Virus record (IMG/VR): IMGVR_UViG_3300023174_003154
Coordinates: 12,140-76,139 of that record
DNA from: a virus
Length of the DNA stretch: 64,000 nt
Strand: one strand, 5' to 3'
Shown one piece after another: positions 40,480 through 50,379 of the stretch (position 1 is the stretch's first letter; the number at the start of each line of letters is the position of its first letter). The position numbers and the translations under genes were made by a program. Below the pieces are notes generated by a model. The model was not told the DNA's origin. It did no database searches and saw nothing but the letters and a program-made list of their open reading frames with translations.

Positions 40480-41658
40480 ATGGAATTCAATAACATTACA
40501 TTCTCTAATTTAACTGTACTACCCCCTCCACCTATATATACTTTTGGTACAATACCAAGTAGCATCGATGAAGGTTCATCTGGAACTTTCAATGTTATAA
40601 CTTATAATGAAGTACCAAACGGTACTACTTTGTATTGGACTATTGATAATGTTTCAACTGCTAATGCTGATTTTTTAGCATCATCCGGATCATTTACTAT
40701 TACCAATAATGCAGGTTTATTTTCAATTACTCCAACCACTGACTTATTAACTGAAGGTAGTCAAACATTTACAGTTTCTATAAGAACAATCTCTGTTTCA
40801 GGTAATGTAGTTGTAACAAGTAGTTCAGTTGCAGTAAATGATATTAGTACTACTCCTGCATCAGTTGCAGGTTTGTATTTAGTAGTCGCTGGTGGCGGCG
40901 CAGGCGGAATAAGTGGAGCGTCAACTAATTATGGAGGTGGCGGCGGAGCCGGTGGTGTATTAACTGGTGCTGATCTTAGCATTGATTCAGGAAATTCTTA
41001 CACAATTACTGTTGGTGGCGGTGGTGCATCAGTTGCGGCAAACGGCAGTAATTCAATATTATCCGGTGCTGGATTTGCGACAAAGACTGCAATAGGTGGC
41101 GGTGGAGGTGGATTGACTTCAACTTCAGGTGGAAATGGTAAAGCAGGTGGTTCAGGTGGTGGTGCATCATTTAATTCAGGCTTTGTTGGTGGTTCAGGAA
41201 CTGCTGGCCCTCCAAGACAAGGTTATGACGGTGGCGGACCTGGAGGCGGAGCCGTTGCAAGAACTGCTTCTGCTGGTGGAGGTGGCGGAGCTACCCAAGC
41301 AGGAACTAAAGGTAGAGGGGGTTTTGGTGGTAATGGCGGTAATGGATATTTATGGGTAGACGGCAATTATTATGGCGGCGGCGGCGGTGGTGCATCAGCA
41401 CTTGGTAAAACAACTTATGCTTCCGGCGGCCTTGGCGGCGGCGGCCAAGGGTCGATCGGAGGAGTAGGTGAGGTTGCAGGTACTTCAAACACCGGTGGTG
41501 GCGGTGGCAATCAGACTACTGGAGGTAGTGGAGTTGTAATTATTCGTTATGTAGACTCATTCCCAGCCGCATCATCAACAACAGGAAGTCCAACATACAC
41601 TGTGTCAGGTGGATATAGGACATATAAATACACTGCATCAGGCAGTATAACATTTTAA
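40480..41658 (+). CDS. Calx-beta-like plus glycine-rich domain protein
   Basis: SIDEG...ADF...G.F.I...D.LTEG.QTFTV motif, then the Gly-rich domain. Confidence 0.7.
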   Translation: MEFNNITFSNLTVLPPPPIYTFGTIPSSIDEGSSGTFNVITYNEVPNGTTLYWTIDNVSTANADFLASSGSFTITNNAGLFSITPTTDLLTEGSQTFTVSIRTISVSGNVVVTSSSVAVNDISTTPASVAGLYLVVAGGGAGGISGASTNYGGGGGAGGVLTGADLSIDSGNSYTITVGGGGASVAANGSNSILSGAGFATKTAIGGGGGGLTSTSGGNGKAGGSGGGASFNSGFVGGSGTAGPPRQGYDGGGPGGGAVARTASAGGGGGATQAGTKGRGGFGGNGGNGYLWVDGNYYGGGGGGASALGKTTYASGGLGGGGQGSIGGVGEVAGTSNTGGGGGNQTTGGSGVVIIRYVDSFPAASSTTGSPTYTVSGGYRTYKYTASGSITF

Positions 41659-41679
41659 CATTTAACAAGGAGATATAAA

Positions 41680-42033
41680 ATGGCACATTTTGCACAAATC
41701 GATGGTAATAACATCGTAACACAAGTTTTAGTAATAGAACAAGACGTAGTTAATACAGGTTTATTCGGAGAACCAAGTTCTTTCGTACAAACAAGCTATA
41801 ACACATATGGTGGAGTACATAAATTAGGTGGTACACCATTAAGAAAGAATTACGCTGGTATAGGATATACTTACGATTCAGTTCGTGACGCATTCATACC
41901 ACCAAAACCATACAATAGTTGGGTTTTGAATGAAACTACATGTCTATGGGATGCACCAGTTGCAATGCCAACAGACGGTAAACATTATTCATGGGATGAA
42001 AATTCTACAAATTGGGTAGAAATCACCGAATAA
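41680..42033 (+). CDS. Conserved small phage protein (MAHFA...RKNYAGIGYTYD type)
   Basis: AAGGAG RBS; a motif I recognise beside Gly-rich virion genes in aquatic phages. Confidence 0.75.
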   Translation: MAHFAQIDGNNIVTQVLVIEQDVVNTGLFGEPSSFVQTSYNTYGGVHKLGGTPLRKNYAGIGYTYDSVRDAFIPPKPYNSWVLNETTCLWDAPVAMPTDGKHYSWDENSTNWVEITE

Positions 42034-42046
42034 TTATCGTAACTAA

Positions 42047-42054
42047 GATAAATA
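42047..42054 (+). promoter_or_regulatory. Late promoter GATAAATA
   Basis: Intergenic, upstream of 42077. Confidence 0.6.
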
Positions 42055-42076
42055 CATTCTGTAAAGGGTATAAACC

Positions 42077-45000
42077 ATGTCATTATTAAAAATTCGCCAA
42101 TTCAGTATCGATCAAACCGATACATTCACGTTTGCTAACGCTAACGTTACCGGAAACTTAATTTCCGGAAATGCTAGTTTAGGCAATCTTGCTTCTGCTA
42201 ACTTCTTTCAAGGTAATGGTAGCTTATTAACAAGTTTAACTGGTGGCAATGTCACTGGGCAAGTTGCTAATGCGTTGCTCGCAGGCACTGTTTACACAAA
42301 TGCACAACCCAACATTACAAGTGTTGGTACCTTGTCAGGTATAACTGCTACCGGAGTTATTGATTTTATTGGGACTAGTAACGTAAGTTTAGGCAATGTT
42401 GCTAATCTAAAGATTACAGGAGGCACTGCTGGACAAGTACTACAATCAAGTGGTAGCGGAGTAGTAACATGGTATACCCCAACATCTGGTACTGGTAATG
42501 CGAATATCAGTGGCAGCAATACTCAAATATTTTTTAATGACAATGGTAGTACAGATTTAGGCGCAAGTGCAAACTTAACATTTAATAAAGGCACTAAAAC
42601 TCTTACAGTAGATAATATCACTGCAAACGGTGCAGGTATAACATATATTACTGGCGCTAATGTATCAGGTAACGTAACAAGTGCAGTACAAGCACATTAT
42701 GCTAATATTGCTAACTCAGTAACTGGCGCTAATGTATCAGGTAACGTAACAAGTGCAGTACAAGCACATTATGCTAATATTGCTAACTCAGTAGCCGGTG
42801 CTAATGTATCCGGTAATGTTACATGGGCAATAACTTCTAATTATGCTAATACAGCTAATAGTGTTTCTGGAACTAATGTATCAGGTAACGTTGCATACGC
42901 AGTAACAAGTAATTGGGCTAATATTGCTAATTCAGTAACAGGTGCTAATGTAACCGGTGAAGTTGCGTATGCAAATACAGCAAATAATGTTGCGGGCTCT
43001 AACGTATCAGGTAATGTAAACTGGGCAATAACTTCTAATTATGCTAATACAGCTAATAGTGTTTCTGGAACTAATGTATCAGGTAACGTTGCATACGCAG
43101 TAACAAGTAATTGGGCTAATATTGCTAATTCAGTAACAGGTGCTAACGTATCGGGTAATGTTGCATGGGCTTTAACTTCTAATTACGCAAACACAGCTAA
43201 TGCAGTAGCAGGTGCTAACGTATCAGGTAACGTAAACTGGGCTATCACTAGTAATTACGCAAATACAGCAAACGCTGTAGCCGGTGCTAACGTTAGTGGT
43301 AATGTAGCATATGCAGTAACAAGTAACTATGCTAATACAGCAAACGCAGTTTCTTGGAATAACGTATCAGGTACACCAAATACAATCAGTGGTTATGGCA
43401 TCACAGACGCATATAGTAATTCAAATGCAGGGGCATATTTATCAACACATTCCGGCGATTTAGCTGGAGCTAATTTAACATTGACTGGCAACTTAATTAT
43501 CAGTGGAACAACAACGTCAGTTAATTCAACTGTAACACGTGTAGTCGATCCACTCTTTGAATTAGGCGGTGGTGCAAACGGTGCGGCATTATCAGCAGAT
43601 GATAATAAAGACAGAGGTTTAATACTACACTATTACAACGGCGGTGTAGTTGATGCATTCATGGGTTGGGATGATTCTAATGTAGAATTCGTACTAGCAA
43701 GTAATGTGTCAGTACTAAATGAAGTAGTAACATATAATACATTTGGTAACTTACGTTTAGAAAATATTTTTGCTAATAACGCTAACTTTGGTGGTGTTGT
43801 TTTTGCTAATGGTAACATTTCAACATCAGGTAGTTTTACTGGTAATTTAATTGGTAACGTTCAGGGTAATATTTCTGGTACAGTTACTGTTACCGGTGGC
43901 GCAGGTGCATTGCAATTCTCAAATGCGGCAAATGCATTGACATCGACGGCAAATTTAAACTTTGACACTGCAACAAACACATTGACTGCAAATTACTTTA
44001 AGGGTGATGGCAGTAAACTAACAAGTATTACTGGTGCTAATGTTACAGGTAATGTACCCTTTGCTGGTACAGCAAATTATGCAAATACTGCTAATTCAAT
44101 TGACGGTGCTAATGTTTCTGGTAATGTAAACTGGGCTATCACTTCTAATTATGCAAACACTGCAAATGCAGTAGCAGGTGCTAATGTTTCAGGTAATGTA
44201 AGTTGGGCAATTACAAGTAATTACGCAAACACAGCGAATGCAGTAGCAGGTGCTAATGTATCAGGTCAAGTAGGTAACGCATTAATCGCTGGAACTGTAT
44301 ATACAAATGCACAACCAAATATCACATCAGTTGGTACATTAACAAGTTTAGCAGTATCAGGTACAACTAACTTAGGTGCTGTGGGTAATGTAACTATCAC
44401 CGGTGGTTCAGCAGACTATTATCTTAAAACAAACGGCAGCGGCACATTAAGTTGGGCAGCAGTTCCAACTACAACATTGAATGTAGATACGTTTACCGGT
44501 GATGGTAGTTGGACAATGAAAACATTGACAGCAACACCAACAAGTATTAATTATACACTTGTTGCAATTGGTGGTGTCTTTCAACCAAGAGATGCATATT
44601 CGTTATCAACAAATGTTGTAACATTTGATGATCCTCCCCCAAATGGCGCTATTGTTGAAATTACAACAATAGTAGCCGGCGCAGGTGGCGGCGGCGGTGG
44701 CGGTGCGAGTGTATTAGATGATTTGACTGATGTAACTATAACTAGCCCTGCAACTAATCAAGTATTGAAATACAATGGTAGTGCTTGGGTAAATGGTACA
44801 GGTGGTGCAAGTTGGACATATTCAGCAGTAAGTGCAAATACAACTGCGGTTGCTGGTTATAGATATATTGTTGATACATCTACTGCTAATATAACAATTA
44901 CATTACCGGCATCAGCTACATTGGGTGATGAAGTTATGATTATTGATGGTACTGGAAATGCAAGTTCACATCAAATTACTGTTGACAAGAATGGTCATAG

Positions 45001-45106
45001 TAAGATTGCAGGTAGTGCTAGCAACATGACAGTAACTACTGACAGAGCCGCATTCACACTAGTATATTATAACAGTACACAAGGTTGGATATTGACAAAC
45101 GTATAA
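42077..45106 (+). CDS. Fibre protein with 24-aa repeats and a gp34-like C-terminal domain
   Basis: GANVSGNV.WAITSNYANTAN repeats; C-terminus paralogous to that of 37721-39319. Confidence 0.75.
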   Translation: MSLLKIRQFSIDQTDTFTFANANVTGNLISGNASLGNLASANFFQGNGSLLTSLTGGNVTGQVANALLAGTVYTNAQPNITSVGTLSGITATGVIDFIGTSNVSLGNVANLKITGGTAGQVLQSSGSGVVTWYTPTSGTGNANISGSNTQIFFNDNGSTDLGASANLTFNKGTKTLTVDNITANGAGITYITGANVSGNVTSAVQAHYANIANSVTGANVSGNVTSAVQAHYANIANSVAGANVSGNVTWAITSNYANTANSVSGTNVSGNVAYAVTSNWANIANSVTGANVTGEVAYANTANNVAGSNVSGNVNWAITSNYANTANSVSGTNVSGNVAYAVTSNWANIANSVTGANVSGNVAWALTSNYANTANAVAGANVSGNVNWAITSNYANTANAVAGANVSGNVAYAVTSNYANTANAVSWNNVSGTPNTISGYGITDAYSNSNAGAYLSTHSGDLAGANLTLTGNLIISGTTTSVNSTVTRVVDPLFELGGGANGAALSADDNKDRGLILHYYNGGVVDAFMGWDDSNVEFVLASNVSVLNEVVTYNTFGNLRLENIFANNANFGGVVFANGNISTSGSFTGNLIGNVQGNISGTVTVTGGAGALQFSNAANALTSTANLNFDTATNTLTANYFKGDGSKLTSITGANVTGNVPFAGTANYANTANSIDGANVSGNVNWAITSNYANTANAVAGANVSGNVSWAITSNYANTANAVAGANVSGQVGNALIAGTVYTNAQPNITSVGTLTSLAVSGTTNLGAVGNVTITGGSADYYLKTNGSGTLSWAAVPTTTLNVDTFTGDGSWTMKTLTATPTSINYTLVAIGGVFQPRDAYSLSTNVVTFDDPPPNGAIVEITTIVAGAGGGGGGGASVLDDLTDVTITSPATNQVLKYNGSAWVNGTGGASWTYSAVSANTTAVAGYRYIVDTSTANITITLPASATLGDEVMIIDGTGNASSHQITVDKNGHSKIAGSASNMTVTTDRAAFTLVYYNSTQGWILTNV
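42650..43350 (+). repeat. 72-nt coding tandem repeat array, about 10 units
   Basis: Exact unit at 42651 and 42723; a 125-nt identical block at 42824-42948 and 43022-43146. Confidence 0.9.
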
Positions 45107-45129
45107 CATAGATAAGGGAAAATATTGCT

Positions 45130-46869
45130 GTGGCAAACTATCATAATTTAAAAAACGCGGCAATATTAACGCCGACTACAGGTACAGATTTAGGTAGTGA
45201 TAGTAATCGCTATTCAAACGTCTTTATGTCAGGTAATATTGTTATGAGTAATGGCGTTACTGTTACATCAAGCAATGTTATCGCACCTAGGGTTGCTAGT
45301 TTAACATATCCGGGAACTGAGACAGCTACGGATACAGCAGGTGGAGAAACTATCATTGTTACTGGTTCTGGATTTAATAATACAGGCGGAACACCTTCAG
45401 TGATTGTGGGAAGTGCTGTAGCTCCAGTAGTAACTTATATCAGTTCTACTAGTGTTAGTTTTACTGCCCCTGCACTAAGTGCCGGTACATATGTATTATA
45501 TGTAATCAATGCAGATGGTGGTACAGCAACATATCTCACTGGTATAAGTTATAGCGGTACACCTACTTGGACAACAAGTGCAGGTAGTTTGGGTAATGTA
45601 CCTACATCAACATCTGCTAATCTTAGTGTAGCCGCAACTGGTGATGCACCAATTACATATGCAGTTAAAGCAGGTAGTAGTTTACCAAGTGGTTTAAGTT
45701 TAAATACTAGTACAGGAGCTATAACAGGCACTGCACCCACAGTTGGTAGCCAAACAACATATAGTTTTACATTAACTGCAAAAGATGGTCAAAATCAAAC
45801 AACTGACAGAAATTTTAGTATTACTGTAATCACTACTGTAACCGCAGTGGAATACCTAGTAGTAGCTGGTGGAGGTGCAGGTGGTAATACTGTTGGTGGC
45901 GGTGGCGGTGGCGGCGGATACAGAACTAATACTGGTTTCGCAGTGACTGCTGGATCACCAATAACAGTTACTGTTGGTGGAGGTGGAACTACTGCTGCCA
46001 CGTACGGAGCTAGTGGAACAAATTCAGTATTTGGCTCAATAACTGCATCAGGTGGCGGTGGCGGAGGATCCATATCACCTACTTCTGCTAGAGCAGGTAG
46101 AGCAGGTGGTTCTGGTGGCGGCGGCGGCGGTTATGCAACAGCAGGTGACACAACTCCAGGCACGGCAGGCGCAGGTAATGCAGGTAGCTATACTCCAGTA
46201 GAAGGATATGCAGGCGGAAGTGCGCTTCAATTTGGTGGTGGAGGTGGTGGAGCCGGAGCTGTAGGCGGCAACGGTGGTTCAGGTGCTGCAGGTGCCGGAG
46301 GTACTGGCGCATTGAGTACTATCACTACCAACTTTGCAGGTACTGCATCTATTGCATCAAGTACAACATTAACTGTAACGGCAGTTTCTGCTGGAGTAAT
46401 TGGAATAGGTACCCAAGTGACTGGAACAAATATTCCAGCTAGTACATATATTATTGCATTAGGTACTGGTACAGGTAGTACAGGCACATATATAATGAGT
46501 GCGGCAGCTACTTCTACTACTTCAGGTGTGTCAATCACCAGTTCAGGTGTGTACTATGCAGGTGGAGGCGGATCTAGCGGTGATGGTTATGGTGGGTCAG
46601 CAGGTGGCGCCGGCGGCGGCGGTGCAGGCCAAAGTTCTAGTGGTGGCAAAGCCTATGTGAATGGTGGAACTAATTCTGGTGGTGGTGGCGGTGGCGGTGG
46701 TGGACAATCAGGTGCTGGACAATTTGGTCAAGGTGGATCTGGAGTAGTAATTATTCGCTACGACAGTACATATCCGGCAGCAACATCAACAACGGGTTCA
46801 CCCACAGTTACAACAGCAGGTGGATATAGAATTTATAAATGGACTAGTTCTGGTAGCATAACATTCTAA
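45130..46869 (+). CDS. Anchor-IPT-Ig-glycine-rich adhesin paralog 1 (GTG start)
   Basis: NY..LKNAAILTP anchor, IPT, He_PIG-like LPSGLSLN..TG.ITGT, Gly-rich domain. Confidence 0.75.
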   Translation: MANYHNLKNAAILTPTTGTDLGSDSNRYSNVFMSGNIVMSNGVTVTSSNVIAPRVASLTYPGTETATDTAGGETIIVTGSGFNNTGGTPSVIVGSAVAPVVTYISSTSVSFTAPALSAGTYVLYVINADGGTATYLTGISYSGTPTWTTSAGSLGNVPTSTSANLSVAATGDAPITYAVKAGSSLPSGLSLNTSTGAITGTAPTVGSQTTYSFTLTAKDGQNQTTDRNFSITVITTVTAVEYLVVAGGGAGGNTVGGGGGGGGYRTNTGFAVTAGSPITVTVGGGGTTAATYGASGTNSVFGSITASGGGGGGSISPTSARAGRAGGSGGGGGGYATAGDTTPGTAGAGNAGSYTPVEGYAGGSALQFGGGGGGAGAVGGNGGSGAAGAGGTGALSTITTNFAGTASIASSTTLTVTAVSAGVIGIGTQVTGTNIPASTYIIALGTGTGSTGTYIMSAAATSTTSGVSITSSGVYYAGGGGSSGDGYGGSAGGAGGGGAGQSSSGGKAYVNGGTNSGGGGGGGGGQSGAGQFGQGGSGVVIIRYDSTYPAATSTTGSPTVTTAGGYRIYKWTSSGSITF

Positions 46870-46878
46870 GAAAAGAAC

Positions 46879-48585
46879 ATGTCAAATTACAATCAACTAA
46901 AAAACGCGGCAATATTAACGCCGACCGCAAATCAAGATTTAGGTAGCGATGCAAATCGCTATGGTAATGTATACATGACCGGTAACATTGTTATGAGTAA
47001 CGGAATTACTGTTACATCAACTAACGTTGTTGCACCTAAAATTGCTAGTCTAACATTACCGGGTACTGTAACAGCAGTTGATGTTGCAGGTGGTGAAACA
47101 GTTATTATAACTGGTTCAGGATTCTCTAATTCTGGCGGAGTACCTACAGTTACAATAGGAAGTACGCCGGCATCATCAGTAACATACAATAGTTCTACTA
47201 GTATTACTATTACTACACCCGCATTGAGTACGGGAACATATTTTCTATACGTAGTTAATACTGACGGTGGAACAGCAACGTATGCACCGGGTATCTCGTT
47301 CAGCGCCACACCAATTTGGACTACTGCATCAGGTAGTTTAGGTACTGTTGGTTCAAGTGCTTCTGCAAGTTTTACAGTGGCTGCAACTGGCGATCCAACA
47401 ATCACATATGCAGTTAAAGCAGGTAGTAGTTTACCAAGTGGCTTAAGTTTAAATACCAGTACCGGAGCTATTACAGGCACTGCACCTTCAGTTGGTAGTC
47501 AAACTACATACAACTTTACACTAACCGCAACAGACGGTCAAAATCAACCTACAGACAGATCATTTAGTATCACGGTTGCAATCGCACCAACATCAGTTCA
47601 ATACATGCTTATTGCAGGCGGAGGAGGTGGCGGCGGCTATAGCGGTACCTATGGCGGTGGCGGAGGAGGAGCCGGTGGGTATCGTTCATCAATTACGGGT
47701 GAATCTTCTGGTGGTGGAGCCTCAGCCGAATCTGCACTTAGTGTAAGTGGTGGCGCAACGTTTACAGTAACTATCGGTGCAGGTGGTACAGGTTTTGGTG
47801 GTGAAGAACAAGCCGGTCTCAGTGGAACAAATAGTTCAATTAGCGGAACATCTATATCAACACTTACTGCGATTGGTGGCGGCGGTGGTGGCGGAAATAG
47901 TGTTACTGGTAAGAACGGTGGTTCTGGTGGTGGCGGTGGTAACACTCCAGGTACCGGAACTGCGAATCAAGGATATGACGGTGGATTACCATCAGGTGGA
48001 TTAACGGGAGGTGGAGGTGGAGGTGGTGCTGGAGCAGTAGGTGGAAGAGGTGAAGGTGGTGCCGGTGGGGCCGGTGTAAAAACTGGTGTTTTATTATTTA
48101 CAGGTACGGCTTCTATTGCATCAAATACAACATTAACGATAACAGCAGTATCAGCAGGATCAATAATAGTAGGTACACAAGTTACTGGTACAGGAATTCC
48201 TGCAGGAGCTTATATTATTGCATTGGGTAGTGGCGCAGGCGGTATAGGAACATACACAATGAATACAGCCGCAACTGCTACTAATTCAGGTGTAGCAATT
48301 TCTAGTACAGGTAGATATCATGCAGGTGGCGGTGGTGGCGCAGGCGGCACTCCAGGTATAGGTGGCGCCGGTGGCGGCGGAGGCAGCGGTAATCCAGTTA
48401 ATGGAACTACAAACACGGGCGGTGGAGGCTCTAATTATTTAGGTAATGGGGGTTCGGGTGTAGTATACATAGTCTATTCATCTACTTATCCGGCATTAAC
48501 GTCAACAACAGGTAGTCCAACTTATACAGTTGAAAATGGATATAATGTTTATAGATTTACCGCATCTGGAAGTTTTACAATTTAA
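46879..48585 (+). CDS. Anchor-IPT-Ig-glycine-rich adhesin paralog 2
   Basis: Same architecture as paralog 1. Confidence 0.75.
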   Translation: MSNYNQLKNAAILTPTANQDLGSDANRYGNVYMTGNIVMSNGITVTSTNVVAPKIASLTLPGTVTAVDVAGGETVIITGSGFSNSGGVPTVTIGSTPASSVTYNSSTSITITTPALSTGTYFLYVVNTDGGTATYAPGISFSATPIWTTASGSLGTVGSSASASFTVAATGDPTITYAVKAGSSLPSGLSLNTSTGAITGTAPSVGSQTTYNFTLTATDGQNQPTDRSFSITVAIAPTSVQYMLIAGGGGGGGYSGTYGGGGGGAGGYRSSITGESSGGGASAESALSVSGGATFTVTIGAGGTGFGGEEQAGLSGTNSSISGTSISTLTAIGGGGGGGNSVTGKNGGSGGGGGNTPGTGTANQGYDGGLPSGGLTGGGGGGGAGAVGGRGEGGAGGAGVKTGVLLFTGTASIASNTTLTITAVSAGSIIVGTQVTGTGIPAGAYIIALGSGAGGIGTYTMNTAATATNSGVAISSTGRYHAGGGGGAGGTPGIGGAGGGGGSGNPVNGTTNTGGGGSNYLGNGGSGVVYIVYSSTYPALTSTTGSPTYTVENGYNVYRFTASGSFTI

Positions 48586-48602
48586 TTAAGAAAAGAATAA
48601 AA

Positions 48603-50360
48603 ATGGCAAATTATCACCAATTAAAAAACGCGGCAATTTTAACGCCTTCTACTGCTACTGATTTAGGTAGCGATGCAAATCGCTATTCAAACGTCTTTAT
48701 GAGTGGTAATATCCTTATGAGCAATGGTGTTACTGTTACATCATCCAATGCTATTACACCTAGAATTGCTAGTATAACATATCCCGGTATTACGACTGCA
48801 ATATCAACTGCAGGTGGTGAAACTGTTTCTATTACTGGTTCTGGGTTTTCAAATCAAGGCTCATTGCCCACAGTTTTAATTGGTAGTACACCTGTATCAT
48901 CAGTAACTTATAACAGTTCTACTAGTATATCTTTCGTGACTCCTGTAAAAAGTGCAGGAACATATGTATTGTATGTAATTAATGCAGATGGTGGAACAGC
49001 AACATATGTTTCAGGTATTTCTGTTAGCGGTACACCAACATGGTCTACTGCTGCCGGTAGCTTAGGTTCTGCTGGTTCGGCTGTTTCTGCAAGTTTTACA
49101 GTATCTGCAACAAGTGATTCAACTATTACATATAGTGTGACAAGTGGAAGTCTACCTACTGGATTAACATTAAATTCTAGTACAGGTGCCATTACCGGTA
49201 CGATGCCATCGTTTGCTAGTGCAACTACTTATAATTTTACAATTACAGCAACAGATGTAGAAAAACAAGCTACTGCACGTGCTTTTAGCATTAATGGTGT
49301 GTTAGCTCCTAGTACAGTTGATTATCTAGTAGTAGCAGGCGGCGGCGGTGGCGGTGGATATTATTATTCTGGCGGCGGCGGCGCCGGTGGATTATTACAA
49401 GCTACAGGATTTTCAATATCAGCTGGCGTTACTTACACAATAACAATTGGTGGCGGTGGCTCAAATGGTGCACCTAGTGCAAATGGTGTTAGTGGATCAA
49501 ATTCCGTATTCTCATCAATAACATGCTATGGCGGAGGAGGTGGTGGAGGCGGTAATTGGTCAGCACCAAACGGAGGATCTGGTGGCGGTGGCTTAGCCGA
49601 TCTAGTAAATGCAGGTGGTAAGGGTGTTTATCCAGGCTCAACTTATATAAGTGCAACAAGACAAGGATATGATGGTGGTTCTTCATCAAGTGGTGGTGCT
49701 GGTGGAGGTTCAGGAGGAGGCGGCGGCGCTGGTGGGGTAGGTGGTGCAGGATCTGGTGTGAACGGAGGAAACGGTGGTATTGGATCATTACAAACAATGA
49801 CAGTTTCTTTCGTAGGTACAGCAACAACTAATTCAACCACTACATTGAATATAACAGCGGTATCTGCTGGTGAAATTCTAGTAGGTACCCAAGTTACTGG
49901 TACAGGAATCCCTGCAGGAGCTTATATCAAATCATTAGGTACAGGTATTGGTGGGGTAGGTACATACATAATGAGTGCAGCCGCAACTGCTAGTAGTTCA
50001 GGTGTAGCAATTACAAGTTCAGGTAGATATTTTGCAGGTGGTGGCGGAGGAGAAAGTTTCCAAGGTACTAATGGTACTGGTGGCGCTGGTGGCGGGGGTC
50101 AAGGTGCTCAATATACTCCAAATAACATAATAGGTGGAACTGGCGCAACTAATACCGGCGGAGGTGGAGGCGGTGCTAGTCATAGTGCTGGTAGTAATGC
50201 CCAATATGGTGGGTCAGGTGGTTCCGGGGTAGTGATTCTTCGCTACTCAGATGCATACCCGGCAGCTATAACAGCAACAAACGTAGCATCAGGATATCCA
50301 ACAACCGGTGGTGGATATAGAATATATAAATGGAATAGCTCCGGTACCATAGCTTGGTAA
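48603..50360 (+). CDS. Anchor-IPT-Ig-glycine-rich adhesin paralog 3
   Basis: Same architecture as paralog 1. Confidence 0.75.
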   Translation: MANYHQLKNAAILTPSTATDLGSDANRYSNVFMSGNILMSNGVTVTSSNAITPRIASITYPGITTAISTAGGETVSITGSGFSNQGSLPTVLIGSTPVSSVTYNSSTSISFVTPVKSAGTYVLYVINADGGTATYVSGISVSGTPTWSTAAGSLGSAGSAVSASFTVSATSDSTITYSVTSGSLPTGLTLNSSTGAITGTMPSFASATTYNFTITATDVEKQATARAFSINGVLAPSTVDYLVVAGGGGGGGYYYSGGGGAGGLLQATGFSISAGVTYTITIGGGGSNGAPSANGVSGSNSVFSSITCYGGGGGGGGNWSAPNGGSGGGGLADLVNAGGKGVYPGSTYISATRQGYDGGSSSSGGAGGGSGGGGGAGGVGGAGSGVNGGNGGIGSLQTMTVSFVGTATTNSTTTLNITAVSAGEILVGTQVTGTGIPAGAYIKSLGTGIGGVGTYIMSAAATASSSGVAITSSGRYFAGGGGGESFQGTNGTGGAGGGGQGAQYTPNNIIGGTGATNTGGGGGGASHSAGSNAQYGGSGGSGVVILRYSDAYPAAITATNVASGYPTTGGGYRIYKWNSSGTIAW

Positions 50361-50379
50361 AAAAGAAAGAAAAATAAAA

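Noticed and set aside
42650-43350. CRISPR-like array
   Set aside because: The repeats are in-frame coding units without unique spacers, and there are no cas genes.
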